DNA of 45,894 nt from an uncultured Gemmatimonadaceae bacterium (GTDB taxonomy: Bacteria; Gemmatimonadota; Gemmatimonadetes; Gemmatimonadales; GWC2-71-9). The stretch covers positions 1 to 45,894 of the forward strand of contig CAZXKN010000109.1 in the NCBI GenBank assembly GCA_964641815.1, given 5' to 3'. Shown piece by piece: positions 32,263-41,710 of this stretch. The notes below the pieces were generated by a model. It was not told where the DNA came from and searched no databases. It saw only the letters and a list, made by a program, of their open reading frames with translations. Every line of letters starts with the position of its first letter. The stretch's first letter is position 1. A program made the translations under genes and the position numbers.

Positions 32263-33005
32263 AGCCACCCTCCCGCGGCTGCCACGAGCACCGCTGCGAG
32301 TCCCAACCACAGCGACGCGATGCGTCCCGGCTGCCAGCGCAGCAGCGCGAGACCGACGATCGCCACGACGCCGCACGCAATGCCGCCGGGGAGCTTGAAC
32401 GGGTGCACCACCGCGCGCACCACGAGCGGCAGCGCGAATCCGAACACCAGCGCCACGGCGGGTACCACCGCCGCGAGCGCACGCTGCAGCACCGGATTGC
32501 GCAGCGCGCCCACCACCTGTGTCCCCGCGGCCCAGCCCGCCCGCAGCGCCCACCAGCGCAGCGCCACGTGTCCCAGGTTGTAAATCACGAGGAAGGCGAG
32601 GACACCCCACCACCCGGCGCCGAGCGCCAGCGCCGCGAGGGTTGCCGCGGAGAGCAGCGGCAGCCACCCCGTCCACACGAGGCGATCCCCCAGCGCGCCG
32701 AGCGGCCCGCACAGCGCGGCGCGCAGCCGCTCGATCTGCTCCGGCGGCGCGCCATCCATTTCGGCGCGCGCCGCGGCGCCGACCGCCAGTCCCGCGAGAT
32801 AGGGATGCGAATTGAAGAACCGCGCGCCCCGCGCCACCGCGGCACGATAGGCGGCGCCGTTGTCGGGGCCGCCGCGCAGCTCGCGCAACAGCGGCTCTTC
32901 CGCGATGCCGACGCCGACGCCGATCAGCCGGTCGTAGTTCCACGACCCCTGCACGACGAACAGACGCAGCAGCGCGGCGCCGAGCCGCGGCTTCACGCGA
33001 TCCAT
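32253..33005 (-). CDS. PTS mannose/fructose/sorbose-family EIID component
   Basis: RLFVVQGSWNYDRLIGVGVG and FFNSHPYLAGLAVGA are typical EIID-Man motifs, and the C-terminus has multiple transmembrane segments. I chose the ATG at 33005. Confidence 0.8.
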   Translation of the reverse strand: MDRVKPRLGAALLRLFVVQGSWNYDRLIGVGVGIAEEPLLRELRGGPDNGAAYRAAVARGARFFNSHPYLAGLAVGAAARAEMDGAPPEQIERLRAALCGPLGALGDRLVWTGWLPLLSAATLAALALGAGWWGVLAFLVIYNLGHVALRWWALRAGWAAGTQVVGALRNPVLQRALAAVVPAVALVFGFALPLVVRAVVHPFKLPGGIACGVVAIVGLALLRWQPGRIASLWLGLAAVLVAAAGGWLWR

Positions 33006-33667
33006 AGCACCGCCGTTCCTGCCGCGAGTCCCGCGGCGAGCCAGCGCAGGTTGCGTCCCGAGCCGATGAGCCGGAAGAGCCCCGCTGTGCCCGCGGCAAG
33101 CGCGGCACCGGCCGCCGCCGCGGACGTCGCGATGAGGACGTGCGGCGGCAGCGCGGCGGCGTCGCGCGACACGAGCCACGCGGTGAGGAGCCCGAGCGCG
33201 GTGACCCCTGCCGCGCGCCGCGCGTCGCGTCCCAGTCCACCCAGGTGGACGCGCGCCAGGACGCGGACGTCGCCCGCTTCGAGCGCGGGCGCGGCGCGGC
33301 GCACCGCGCGCGCGTTTGCCGCGCGCAGCCAGTGCAGCGACGCCCCGGCGAACACGCCGATCACGAGCCCGACTCCGGCGCCGATCCCCCAGGCGTCGGG
33401 ACGCCCGATGAGGTGCGTCGCGGCGACACCCGCCACCGTTCCCGGCCCGTACTCGGGATAGCGCACTGCACCGAACGGCAGGATGTCGAACTGGAACAGC
33501 TCGAAGATCATCCCGAGGCGGATGCCGGCTGCGACGTCGCCGATGAGCAGCCCCGCGATCGTTCCGGCGACGACCGGGCGCGCGATCATCAGCTGGCCCA
33601 CGCTCACCAGGTCCACGCCCACCAGGGTGCCCCAGCCGAGCAGCAGCGCGATCTCGAGCGGGGTCAC
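32993..33667 (-). CDS. PTS mannose-family EIIC component
   Basis: Polytopic membrane protein with an EIIC-Man-like N-terminus (LLLGWGTLVGVDLVSVGQLMIARPVVAG). The GTG start overlaps the EIIB TGA. Confidence 0.75.
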   Translation of the reverse strand: MTPLEIALLLGWGTLVGVDLVSVGQLMIARPVVAGTIAGLLIGDVAAGIRLGMIFELFQFDILPFGAVRYPEYGPGTVAGVAATHLIGRPDAWGIGAGVGLVIGVFAGASLHWLRAANARAVRRAAPALEAGDVRVLARVHLGGLGRDARRAAGVTALGLLTAWLVSRDAAALPPHVLIATSAAAAGAALAAGTAGLFRLIGSGRNLRWLAAGLAAGTAVLWIA

Positions 33668-34140
33668 AGGAATTCTCCGATCGGCACGGCGCGTGCGGTG
33701 GGGACGTCCTGCGCCGTGACCTCGACGCCATTGCTCGCGAGCTGCTTCAGCTTCGCGGCCTCGTCGTCGGTGAGATAGACGTAGCGCAGCCGCTCGCTGC
33801 GTCCCGGGCGATGGTGCACGCCGCCCACGTTGATGCGGTGAATGTCGTTCCCGGCGGCGGCGATGAGCCCCGCCAGCGTGTCGACGTCCCCCACGAGCAG
33901 AATCCCGGGCCGCGGGTCGGACTTCCAGGCGGCGAGCTGCCGCGACACTTCGGAGATGGCGGCGAAGACGACGTCGATCCCCGGCGGCACGCCCATGCGA
34001 TAGAGATCCTGCTCCCAGGCGCTGTTGCGCACCTCATCGTCCACCAGCACGATGAAACCGACGTTGAGCGGCTGGCCCCACCCGACCACGACCTGGCCGT
34101 GAATGAGACGGTCATCGAGCCGGATCAAGGACAGACTCAT
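33664..34140 (-). CDS. PTS mannose-family EIIB component
   Basis: The phosphorylation-site motif LIRLDDRLIHGQVVVGW is diagnostic of EIIB-Man. The ATG at 34140 overlaps the EIIA TGA (ATGA). Confidence 0.85.
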   Translation of the reverse strand: MSLSLIRLDDRLIHGQVVVGWGQPLNVGFIVLVDDEVRNSAWEQDLYRMGVPPGIDVVFAAISEVSRQLAAWKSDPRPGILLVGDVDTLAGLIAAAGNDIHRINVGGVHHRPGRSERLRYVYLTDDEAAKLKQLASNGVEVTAQDVPTARAVPIGEFL

Positions 34141-34529
34141 GCCGCCGGAGTGCGGATCGCCCGCGACCCTGCCTCCACGGCGCGCTGCGCCGCCTCGGCG
34201 GGGGGAAGATCCCGATGGAACACGAAGTCGAGCAGCATCGCGAGATTCACGCCGGTCACCACGGCCAGCTCGCCGCGGCCGCGCGCCAGCCGGATGGCGC
34301 TCGAGAGGCAGGAGCCGCCGGGGAGGTCGACGAACAACACCGCCGGCCGCCCGCCGATCGCCGTCTCGATCCGCGCGACCAGCGCCTTGGGGTCGCACCC
34401 CTCGTTGCTCACCGAGTGCAGCGCGTCGGCGACACCGCTGATCGTGCGCACCGCGTCCACGAGCGCGGCGGCCAGCTCTGCGTGCGATACGATGACGCCG
34501 ATCGTGCCGGCGGTGGCCGTCTCACTCAT
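34137..34529 (-). CDS. PTS mannose-family EIIA component
   Basis: GVIVSHAELAAAL (His10-type site) and VLFVDLPGGS are typical of EIIA-Man. It overlaps the hprK 3' end by 8 nt. Confidence 0.8.
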   Translation of the reverse strand: MSETATAGTIGVIVSHAELAAALVDAVRTISGVADALHSVSNEGCDPKALVARIETAIGGRPAVLFVDLPGGSCLSSAIRLARGRGELAVVTGVNLAMLLDFVFHRDLPPAEAAQRAVEAGSRAIRTPAA

Positions 34530-35496
34530 AGTCTTCTTCGAGATACTCGCGGATCTGCGACCGCTCCTGCATCTGCCGGATCAGCCGCTCGTTGAACTTG
34601 CGGGCGACGTCCACCCCGCTGTAGCGCAGCAGATGGTGCATCGCCACGACTTCGCAGATCACCGTGAGGTTCTTGCCGGGGTTGAGCGGCACCGTCACCT
34701 GCGGGATCGCCACGTCGAGGATCTGGGTCTGCTGCGTGTCGAGCCCGGTGCGGTCGTACTCGCGCGACGCGTCCCAGTCCTCGAGCTGCACCACCACTTC
34801 GATGCGCTTCTGCTGGCGCACCGACCGGATACCGAACAGCGCCTTGATGTCGACGAGGCCGATGCCGCGGATCTCCATGTGATGCTGCGCCATCTCGTGG
34901 CCCTTGCCGATCAGGATGTCGACGCCGCGGCGCGTCACCTGCACCATGTCGTCCGCCACGAGGCGGTGCCCCCGTTCCACCAGGTCGAGCACGCACTCGC
35001 TCTTGCCGATCCCCGAGCGTCCCAGGAACAGGAGACCCACCCCGTACACGTCGGCGAGCGAGCCGTGGATCGATGTCGCGGGTGCGAACGCCTCGTCGAG
35101 AAATGGCTTGAGGCGGCGGTAGAACTCCGCCGTCTTGAGCGCCGTGCGGATCACCGGCACCCCTTTCGCCTCGGCGAGCGCCAGCAGCTCGGGGGAGACA
35201 CTCTGCGACTTGGTGACGATGATGCAGGGGAGATCGAAGTTGAAGAAGTGCTCGAGCGACGCGCGGCGCGCGCCTGGGTCCAGCGAGGCGAGGTAGGTGA
35301 CTTCCGTCTCGCCCAGGATGTGCAGCCGGTCGCCGACAAAGCGCGACGTGTACCCCGCGAGCACGAGCCCGGGGCTCGACGCTTCCGCAGAGGGGATCTC
35401 CTTGTCGAGCCCGATGTCGCCGGTGAGCTGCTCCAGCTCGAGCGGCGCACCCTTGCGGGTGAACAGGTCGCGGATGCGCGGCCGCTTCTCCGTCAC
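34522..35496 (-). CDS. hprK: HPr kinase/phosphorylase
   Basis: Walker A GRSGIGKSE, signature EIRGIGLVDI, and a length of 324 aa. The GTG at 35496 overlaps the hpf TGA. The track ORF to 36147 is a false extension. Confidence 0.92.
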   Translation of the reverse strand: MTEKRPRIRDLFTRKGAPLELEQLTGDIGLDKEIPSAEASSPGLVLAGYTSRFVGDRLHILGETEVTYLASLDPGARRASLEHFFNFDLPCIIVTKSQSVSPELLALAEAKGVPVIRTALKTAEFYRRLKPFLDEAFAPATSIHGSLADVYGVGLLFLGRSGIGKSECVLDLVERGHRLVADDMVQVTRRGVDILIGKGHEMAQHHMEIRGIGLVDIKALFGIRSVRQQKRIEVVVQLEDWDASREYDRTGLDTQQTQILDVAIPQVTVPLNPGKNLTVICEVVAMHHLLRYSGVDVARKFNERLIRQMQERSQIREYLEEDYE

Positions 35497-35822
35497 GTGC
35501 TGTCCCCCCCGCGGGCGCGGGCGCGGCGCCGCGCCGGCCCGGAGCGTTTGGCGGGCGATTTGTCGAGCTGGCGCCGCACACGCGCCGCCGCCCGGTCGAG
35601 CGCCGAGCGGTGGTCGGCCGCCTCGGCACGCCCCACGAGGACGTCGCCGCGCGCCACGTGCAGCCGCAGCTCCACGATCGCCACATCGTGATCGTCGCCG
35701 AAGATGACCTGGGCATCTTGCGGACGCGGGGCCACGCGCGCCAGCCGCTCGACCAGCTCGCGCGCCCGCCGGCGCAGATCGCCGGAGACATCGGTGTGGC
35801 GGGCGGTAATCGTCACGCGCAT
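35493..35822 (-). CDS. hpf: ribosome hibernation-promoting factor / RaiA family (short form)
   Basis: MRVTITARHTDVSGDLRRRARELVERL fits the sigma-54 modulation/S30EA family. GGAGGTGAGC lies directly upstream of the ATG at 35822. Confidence 0.82.
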   Translation of the reverse strand: MRVTITARHTDVSGDLRRRARELVERLARVAPRPQDAQVIFGDDHDVAIVELRLHVARGDVLVGRAEAADHRSALDRAAARVRRQLDKSPAKRSGPARRRARARGGDST

Positions 35823-35824
35823 GC

Positions 35825-36949
35825 TCACCTCCGCTGGATGATGAGGCGCTCGAGCTGCGCCGCCGTCGCCAGGGCGGCGCGGTCCCACGTGAGCGGAACG
35901 GCGAAGGCCCGCGCCGCGGCGCCCAGCCGCTCCACGAGGCCCTCGTCCCGGGCGAGGGCGACCATGCGCTCGGCCAATGCCGCGGTGTCGCCGTGCGGCA
36001 CCAGGAATCCCGTCTCGCCGTGGCGCACCGTTTCGACCAGACCCGGACTGTCGGACGCGAGCGCCGGTGTGCCGCATGCCGCAGCTTCGACGTTCGAGAT
36101 CCCCCACCCTTCCTTCGGGCTCGGGAGGACGACCGCCCAGGCGGCACGCAGCCGGCGGCGCTTCTCCTCCTCGGATACGTAGCCGAGGAAGCGGACCACC
36201 GGTTCCAGACCCAGTCGGCGCGTCAGCGCCTCGAGGCGCGGCCGGTCGTCACCGGTCCCGGCGATCTCGAGCTCCGCCCCCACGCCCTGTGCGCGAGCCA
36301 AAGCAAGCGCCCGCAATGCGATATCCACTCCTTTATAACGCCTCAGGCGACCGACGTACAGGAATGTGGGGTGAGCGGCACGCGCGAGATGGGAATCGGG
36401 GCGATACCAGTTCGCATCGATTCCCGGATAGATGACTTCGATGCGGTCGGCGGGGATGCCGCGCGCCACCAGATCGTCGCGCGTGCTGTTCGAGATCACG
36501 TGGAACGCCGCCCGCCGGTACGCCCGCGGGATCCCCCGCTCCGCCGTCCACACGGCCGCCGCCATCGGCCAGCTCGCCTCGGCAAAGGCCGTGGTCCCGA
36601 AGAGATGCGGCACGACGGCGCAGAACGGCAGTGCGGTGAGGTTCGGCAGAAAGAGCGGCAGCTTGTTGATGTCTTCTACGACCACGTCGTACCCCTGCTT
36701 CCCCGTGCGGCGCAGGGCGCGGCGCACGGCCCCGCGCGCCAGCAGCGCGAAGCTGTGCCGACCCCCGACGCGCTGCACCCGCATGTTGTCGAGATCGACT
36801 TCGGGCGCCGCGCCCGGCCAGCCGCTCGTGATCAAGTCGATGTGGTGCCCGTCGTGGGCCAGGCGGCCGAAGATTTCGTGCAGGTGGATCTCGGCGCCGC
36901 CGGCGTGCGGGTTTTGTCGGTCGTTCCAGTTGACGAGCAGGATTCTCAC
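35825..36949 (-). CDS. glycosyltransferase family 4 (GT-B fold)
   Basis: RILLVNWNDRQNPHAGGAEIHLHE at the N-terminus and the EGWGISNVEAAACGTPALASDSPGLVETV E-X7-E region. The GTG at 36949 overlaps the nusB TGA. Confidence 0.8.
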   Translation of the reverse strand: MRILLVNWNDRQNPHAGGAEIHLHEIFGRLAHDGHHIDLITSGWPGAAPEVDLDNMRVQRVGGRHSFALLARGAVRRALRRTGKQGYDVVVEDINKLPLFLPNLTALPFCAVVPHLFGTTAFAEASWPMAAAVWTAERGIPRAYRRAAFHVISNSTRDDLVARGIPADRIEVIYPGIDANWYRPDSHLARAAHPTFLYVGRLRRYKGVDIALRALALARAQGVGAELEIAGTGDDRPRLEALTRRLGLEPVVRFLGYVSEEEKRRRLRAAWAVVLPSPKEGWGISNVEAAACGTPALASDSPGLVETVRHGETGFLVPHGDTAALAERMVALARDEGLVERLGAAARAFAVPLTWDRAALATAAQLERLIIQRR

Positions 36950-37359
36950 AACTGGCCCGACTCCCGCGCCAGCGCGTCGAGCACGCCATTGACGAACGCG
37001 GGAGACTTGGCGCCGCCGAACCAGTGCGCCAGCTTCACCGCTTCGTCGAGCACCACGCGCGGCGGCGTGGCGCCTTCGTCGAGCTCCGCCAGGGCGAGCC
37101 GCAGAATATTGCGCTCGATGACACCGACGCGCTCCAGCCGCCAATGCTCCGCGGCGCGCGACAGCCGCTCGTCGTACACCGCCTGCCCGGCCACCGCCCG
37201 CGCCGCCAGCTCGGCGCCGCGGTCGTACCCGATGGGCGACACACCGGACGCCTGTGCGAGTCGGGTCACCACGGCATCGATCGAGGGAAGCCCGGACAAC
37301 TCCCAGGCATAGAGCAGCTGCAGCGCGCGGGCGCGCGCTTTGGTCTCAGGACGTTCCAC
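36946..37359 (-). CDS. nusB: transcription antitermination factor NusB
   Basis: ARARALQLLYAWE ... IERNILRLALAEL ... KSPAFVNGVLD. The GTG at 37359 overlaps the ribH 3' end by 14 nt. Confidence 0.9.
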   Translation of the reverse strand: MERPETKARARALQLLYAWELSGLPSIDAVVTRLAQASGVSPIGYDRGAELAARAVAGQAVYDERLSRAAEHWRLERVGVIERNILRLALAELDEGATPPRVVLDEAVKLAHWFGGAKSPAFVNGVLDALARESGQL

Positions 37360-37816
37360 GGCGCAAGGCCTCGAGCACGCGCGCCGATTCGAGCGCCGCG
37401 TGCGCCGCTTCGGCGCCCTTGTTGCCGGCGTCGCCGCCGGCGCGGGCCAGGGCCTGCGCCTGATCTTCGGTGGTGAGGACGCCGAACCCGACGGCGATCT
37501 GGGAGATGCGCGCCACTTCACCGAGGCCGCGCGCCGCTTCGCCCGCGACGTACTCGAAGTGCGGTGTCTCGCCGCGGATCACGCACCCCAGCGCCACGAT
37601 GGCGATGTACCGCCCCGTGCCCGCGGCGACCGCCGCCGCCGCCGGCAGCTCGAACGCCCCGGGGACCCAATGCACGTCGATGTGCGATGCGCCGATGCCC
37701 TCGGCCGTGAGGGCGGCGCGCGCCCCCTCGAGCAGGCGGCGGGTGACGATCTCGTTGTAGCGGCTCACCAGCACCGCGACGCGCCGGGCGGCGCGTTTCC
37801 GGGTGCGCGCCGCCAC
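37346..37816 (-). CDS. ribH: 6,7-dimethyl-8-ribityllumazine synthase
   Basis: VAVLVSRYNEIVTRRLLEGA, WVPGAFELP and GCVIRGETPHFEYV. Confidence 0.93.
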   Translation of the reverse strand: MAARTRKRAARRVAVLVSRYNEIVTRRLLEGARAALTAEGIGASHIDVHWVPGAFELPAAAAVAAGTGRYIAIVALGCVIRGETPHFEYVAGEAARGLGEVARISQIAVGFGVLTTEDQAQALARAGGDAGNKGAEAAHAALESARVLEALRRGTS

Positions 37817-37818
37817 GA

Positions 37819-39024
37819 TCAGTGCGTCAGCAGGTGGCCGAGCTTGTCGCGCTTGACGTCCAGGTAGGCGCGGTTCTCGTCGGACGGCGGCGGCACGATG
37901 GGCACCCGCTCCACAATCTCGAGGCCGTACCCCTCGAGTCCCACCAGCTTCTTCGGGTTGTTGGTGAGGACGCGGATCGAGGACAGGCCGAGGTCGAGCA
38001 GGATCTGCGCACCGATGCCGTAGTTGCGCAGGTCGGGCTTGAAGCCGAGCTGCTCGTTGGCGGTGACGGTGTCGTGCCCGGCATCCTGCAGCTCGTACGC
38101 CTTGAGCTTGTTCAGCAGCCCGATGCCGCGGCCTTCCTGGTCGAGGTACACGACGACGCCGCGCCCCTCGGCCGCGATCATGCGCATCGCGCTCTGCAGC
38201 TGCCAGCCGCAGTCACAGCGCCCCGAGCCGAACACGTCGCCGGTGAGACACTTCGAGTGCATGCGTACCAGGACCCCGTGCCGATCCTGCACGTCGCCGT
38301 AGACGAGGGCGACGTGCTCGGCGGAGTCGACGTCGTTCTTGTAGCCCGTGATCCTGAACTCGCCGTACGGCGTCGGGATGCGCGACGTCGCGACGGGATG
38401 CACCAGCCGCTCGTGCGCCAGCCGGTAGGACACCAGCTGCGCGGTGGTAATGAAGGTGAGCCCGTGTGACGCGGCGAACTTCTCGAGCTGCGGGCGCCGC
38501 GCCATCGTACCATCGTCGTTCAGGATCTCGCAGATCACGCCCGCGGGATAGAGCCCCGCGAGCCGCGCGAGGTCGATACTCGCCTCGGTCTGGCCGACGC
38601 GCTGCAGCACGCCGCCGGGACGCGCGCGCAGCGGGAAGACGTGGCCGGGACGCCGCAGGTCCAAGGGAATGGTCGACGGATCGATCGCCACGCGAATCGT
38701 GGCGGCACGGTCGGCGGCGGAAATACCCGTCGTCACGCCGAAGCGGCTCGCGGCATCGATGCTCACCGTAAACGCCGTCTCGTGCGCTTCGGTGTTGTGC
38801 TCCGCCATCTGCGGCAGCCCGAGCGCCTGACACCGCTCCGCCAGCATCGGCAGACAGATCAGGCCGCGCCCGTGCGTCGCCATGAAATTGACCATCTCGG
38901 GGGTGACCTTTTCGGCGGCGCCGACCAGGTCCCCCTCGTTCTCGCGCCCCTCGTCATCGGCCACGATGACGAGTTTCCCGGCGCGGATATCCGCGATCGC
39001 CTGCTCTATCGCTCCGAACGGCAT
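37819..39024 (-). CDS. ribBA: bifunctional 3,4-dihydroxy-2-butanone-4-phosphate synthase / GTP cyclohydrolase II
   Basis: [14 protein letters not shown] (DHBP synthase) and [20 protein letters not shown] (GCH II zinc site). Confidence 0.95.
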   Translation of the reverse strand: MPFGAIEQAIADIRAGKLVIVADDEGRENEGDLVGAAEKVTPEMVNFMATHGRGLICLPMLAERCQALGLPQMAEHNTEAHETAFTVSIDAASRFGVTTGISAADRAATIRVAIDPSTIPLDLRRPGHVFPLRARPGGVLQRVGQTEASIDLARLAGLYPAGVICEILNDDGTMARRPQLEKFAASHGLTFITTAQLVSYRLAHERLVHPVATSRIPTPYGEFRITGYKNDVDSAEHVALVYGDVQDRHGVLVRMHSKCLTGDVFGSGRCDCGWQLQSAMRMIAAEGRGVVVYLDQEGRGIGLLNKLKAYELQDAGHDTVTANEQLGFKPDLRNYGIGAQILLDLGLSSIRVLTNNPKKLVGLEGYGLEIVERVPIVPPPSDENRAYLDVKRDKLGHLLTH

Positions 39025-39611
39025 AGTTGCCTCACGTATTTCCCGATCACGTCGCCTTCCACGTGGACGCGCGCGCCGGGCTCCACCTCACCGAGCGTCG
39101 TATGCTCCCGCGTGAACGGGATCAGCGACACCTGCACCACCGCACCACCGGGCAAATCGTCCACGGTGAGACTGACTCCGTCCACCGTGATCGAGCCCTT
39201 CGGGATGCACACCTCCCGAACTTCGAGGGGCACGAGCAGCCCGACCAGCACCGCAGCGCCGCGCGACCGCACGTACTCGACGGTGGCGACGCCGTCGACG
39301 TGCCCCTGCACGAGATGGCCGCCCAGCGGCTCGCCGGCACGCACCGCGCGCTCGAGGTTGACTTTGCGGCCCGCGGCGTACTCTCCGAACAGCGTCCGGT
39401 CGAGCGTCGTGTCGACCGCTCGAACGGCAAACCCGCCTCGGACGACGCGCTCGACCGTGAGGCAGGCGCCATTGATGGCAACACTCTCACCGCGCTTCAC
39501 GTTCCGGAACGGGGCACGAATCTGCAGGGCGACGCCAGCCGACGACCGACCACCGACCACCGACGACGCCTTTACGATTGTCCCCACCGCCCCTACGATC
39601 CCGGTAAACAT
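39006..39611 (-). CDS. ribE: riboflavin synthase alpha chain
   Basis: MFTGIVG start and duplicated lumazine-binding repeats ([11 protein letters not shown] and [11 protein letters not shown]). The track ORF to 39959 is a false extension. Confidence 0.9.
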   Translation of the reverse strand: MFTGIVGAVGTIVKASSVVGGRSSAGVALQIRAPFRNVKRGESVAINGACLTVERVVRGGFAVRAVDTTLDRTLFGEYAAGRKVNLERAVRAGEPLGGHLVQGHVDGVATVEYVRSRGAAVLVGLLVPLEVREVCIPKGSITVDGVSLTVDDLPGGAVVQVSLIPFTREHTTLGEVEPGARVHVEGDVIGKYVRQLCRSER

Positions 39612-40696
39612 AGCCGCCGATCCAAGACCAATAATGTATCGGGCCCGAGTGGCCGTCGCTCCACCGGCGTCCAGCGCGGCGCTTCTTCGAGCCCCGAATC
39701 GGCGACGCCGGGGAATGCCGGAACGCCGCCATCGCCGAGCCAGACAGGCGATTGCAGCCAGTAGAGCCGGTCCACGAGACCTTCGGCGAGGAGCCCCACG
39801 CCGAGCGCCCCGCCGCCTTCGACGAGGATCGACTCGATGCCGGCGGCGCGCAGCTCCTTTAGGCCGTCGGGGAGCGTGCGCGGGCGGAACACTCTCACGC
39901 CCGCGGCTTCGAGTCCCTTCACGTGCTTGGCTGGCGCGCCCTCGGAGGCGACGACCCACGTCGCCGGATCGCCCGCCGTGCGCACCAGGTTCGAGGCGAG
40001 GTTCAACGTCGCGCGGCGGTCGAACACGACGCGGACCGGCGGGCGGCGCGGCTGCAAGCCGCCGCGCACCGTGAGCAACGGATCGTCGCGCATCGCCGTC
40101 GTACCGCCCACGCCGATCGCGTCGAATCCAGCGCGCAGCCAGTGCGCCCAGTCACGCGCCTGCGCTCCGGAGATCCATTGCGAGCGGCCGCCGGAGTCGG
40201 CGATGCGGCCGTCGATCGACGTCGCGAGCTTCAGCGCGACGAAGGGGCGCGTCAGCTCTTCGCGCACGAACAGAAACGGCGCGTTCTGCGCCGCCGCGGC
40301 ATCGGCGAGTAACCCGACGTCGACCGAGATCTTCGAGTTGCGCAGCTTCTCCACACCGCCCTGCGCCACGGGATCGGGATCGCGCATCGCGATCACGACG
40401 CGCGCGACGCCGGCGTCGCGGATCGCGTCGGTGCACGGCGGCGTCTTGCCGTAGTGAGTGCACGGCTCGAGCGTCACGACGAGGGTCGACCCTTTCGCCT
40501 TCTCCCCCGCCGCGCGCAGCGCGACCACCTCGGCGTGTGCGTCGCCGAACTCGGCGTGCCACCCATCGCCCACGACGACTTTGTCCTTCAGCACCACGGC
40601 ACCCACCAACGGATTGGGCGACACGCGCCCCCATCCGCGCCGGGCCAGCTCGATCGCGCGCTGCATCGCGCTGCGTTCCAGGGCTTCGTTAGACAA
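39593..40696 (-). CDS. ribD: bifunctional diaminohydroxyphosphoribosylaminopyrimidine deaminase / 5-amino-6-(5-phosphoribosylamino)uracil reductase
   Basis: Deaminase zinc motifs HAEV and PCTHYGKTPPC, followed by a reductase domain (KLATSIDGRIA). Confidence 0.93.
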   Translation of the reverse strand: MSNEALERSAMQRAIELARRGWGRVSPNPLVGAVVLKDKVVVGDGWHAEFGDAHAEVVALRAAGEKAKGSTLVVTLEPCTHYGKTPPCTDAIRDAGVARVVIAMRDPDPVAQGGVEKLRNSKISVDVGLLADAAAAQNAPFLFVREELTRPFVALKLATSIDGRIADSGGRSQWISGAQARDWAHWLRAGFDAIGVGGTTAMRDDPLLTVRGGLQPRRPPVRVVFDRRATLNLASNLVRTAGDPATWVVASEGAPAKHVKGLEAAGVRVFRPRTLPDGLKELRAAGIESILVEGGGALGVGLLAEGLVDRLYWLQSPVWLGDGGVPAFPGVADSGLEEAPRWTPVERRPLGPDTLLVLDRRLCLPGS

Positions 40697-40704
40697 GACT
40701 CACC

Positions 40705-41661
40705 CTATTCCCCCACCCGGACCCCGAGACCGCCGAAAAAGTGCCCGCGCTTCGCATCGAACCCCGAATAACTCGTACTCAGGTGCTGATCCTGTCCCGT
40801 CTGGTAGCCGAGCTCGACGCCGAGCGACGCCAGCGCCAGGTGGAACGCGGCGTCGGCGAAGATCACCTCGCGATTCTCACGCGGGGTGAACGGCACCGTT
40901 GCGATGCTCGAGAACGGCGGATTGTCGTAGTAGCGCAGCCGACCGTCCGACGAATAGTGATCGAATCCGAATCCGGCGGCGACGTCGGCGAGCGGCAGGT
41001 GGTAGCCCGCCGTCACTCGCACGTTTGTCGCTTTCACGTCAGTCGAGAAATCGAACGCGTCGCCCGACGAAATGCTCGACGCGGCGAGCTGGCCGTAGGT
41101 CAGCCGGGGCAGCGAGCGGCGCATCACGCTGATGGAGACCGCCGGAATGGGAAACATTCCGTGCACGACGCCGACGCGCGCCCCGAAGCCGAGCCCCAGG
41201 GCCATGCTCCCCAGGTGCGCCGCGCCGGAGTCGACGGTGAGTTTGTCGACGGCGCGTGTCGGCACGAGGGTCGCAGAAAACAGCGCATCGACGGCGAGCA
41301 TCCCGCCCTGCAGTCCCGGCCACACACCGATTCCCGCTTCGACGACGGGCGCCGGCACGAAGCCGTGAATCGTCTGCGGACCGCTCGTCGTGTCGGGATT
41401 GGGTGCCGCGACCTTCACGGCGTTGACGCGCGCCGAAACGAAGAAGTGGCCGAAGCCACCGAGCGCCCGCGCGGTGCCGAGGGAAGGGTCACCGCCCGAG
41501 ACGATGATCCCGGCGGCGGGGTGGAACGTCTTCAGGGCGTCGATGGCACGATTGCAGATGGATTGGGCTTCTGCGCCGCCACTACATTGCTGACCTGACA
41601 GGCGTGGCGTGATGCCGCAAGCCACGAGCACGGCCAGGCCCCATGTGAACTGATGTCGCAT
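40705..41661 (-). CDS. hypothetical secreted, possibly outer-membrane beta-rich protein
   Basis: Signal peptide MRHQFTWGLAVLVACG. The body is Gly/Ala/Ser-rich with alternating-pattern strands, and the C-terminal GGLGVRVGE lacks a terminal aromatic residue. GGAGG lies upstream of the ATG. The stop is only 8 nt from the ribD start. Confidence 0.5.
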   Translation of the reverse strand: MRHQFTWGLAVLVACGITPRLSGQQCSGGAEAQSICNRAIDALKTFHPAAGIIVSGGDPSLGTARALGGFGHFFVSARVNAVKVAAPNPDTTSGPQTIHGFVPAPVVEAGIGVWPGLQGGMLAVDALFSATLVPTRAVDKLTVDSGAAHLGSMALGLGFGARVGVVHGMFPIPAVSISVMRRSLPRLTYGQLAASSISSGDAFDFSTDVKATNVRVTAGYHLPLADVAAGFGFDHYSSDGRLRYYDNPPFSSIATVPFTPRENREVIFADAAFHLALASLGVELGYQTGQDQHLSTSYSGFDAKRGHFFGGLGVRVGE

Positions 41662-41674
41662 CTATCCTCCAGGA

Positions 41675-41704
41675 AGACGATCGTCCGAAAACCGACGACC
41701 GTCT
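41675..41704 (-). terminator. hairpin between the purM stop and the next gene (no U-tract)
   Basis: AGACGATCGTC (41675-41685) pairs with GACGACCGTCT (41694-41704), giving an 11-bp stem with one mismatch and an 8-nt loop. Confidence 0.35.
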
Positions 41705-41710
41705 ACGCAG

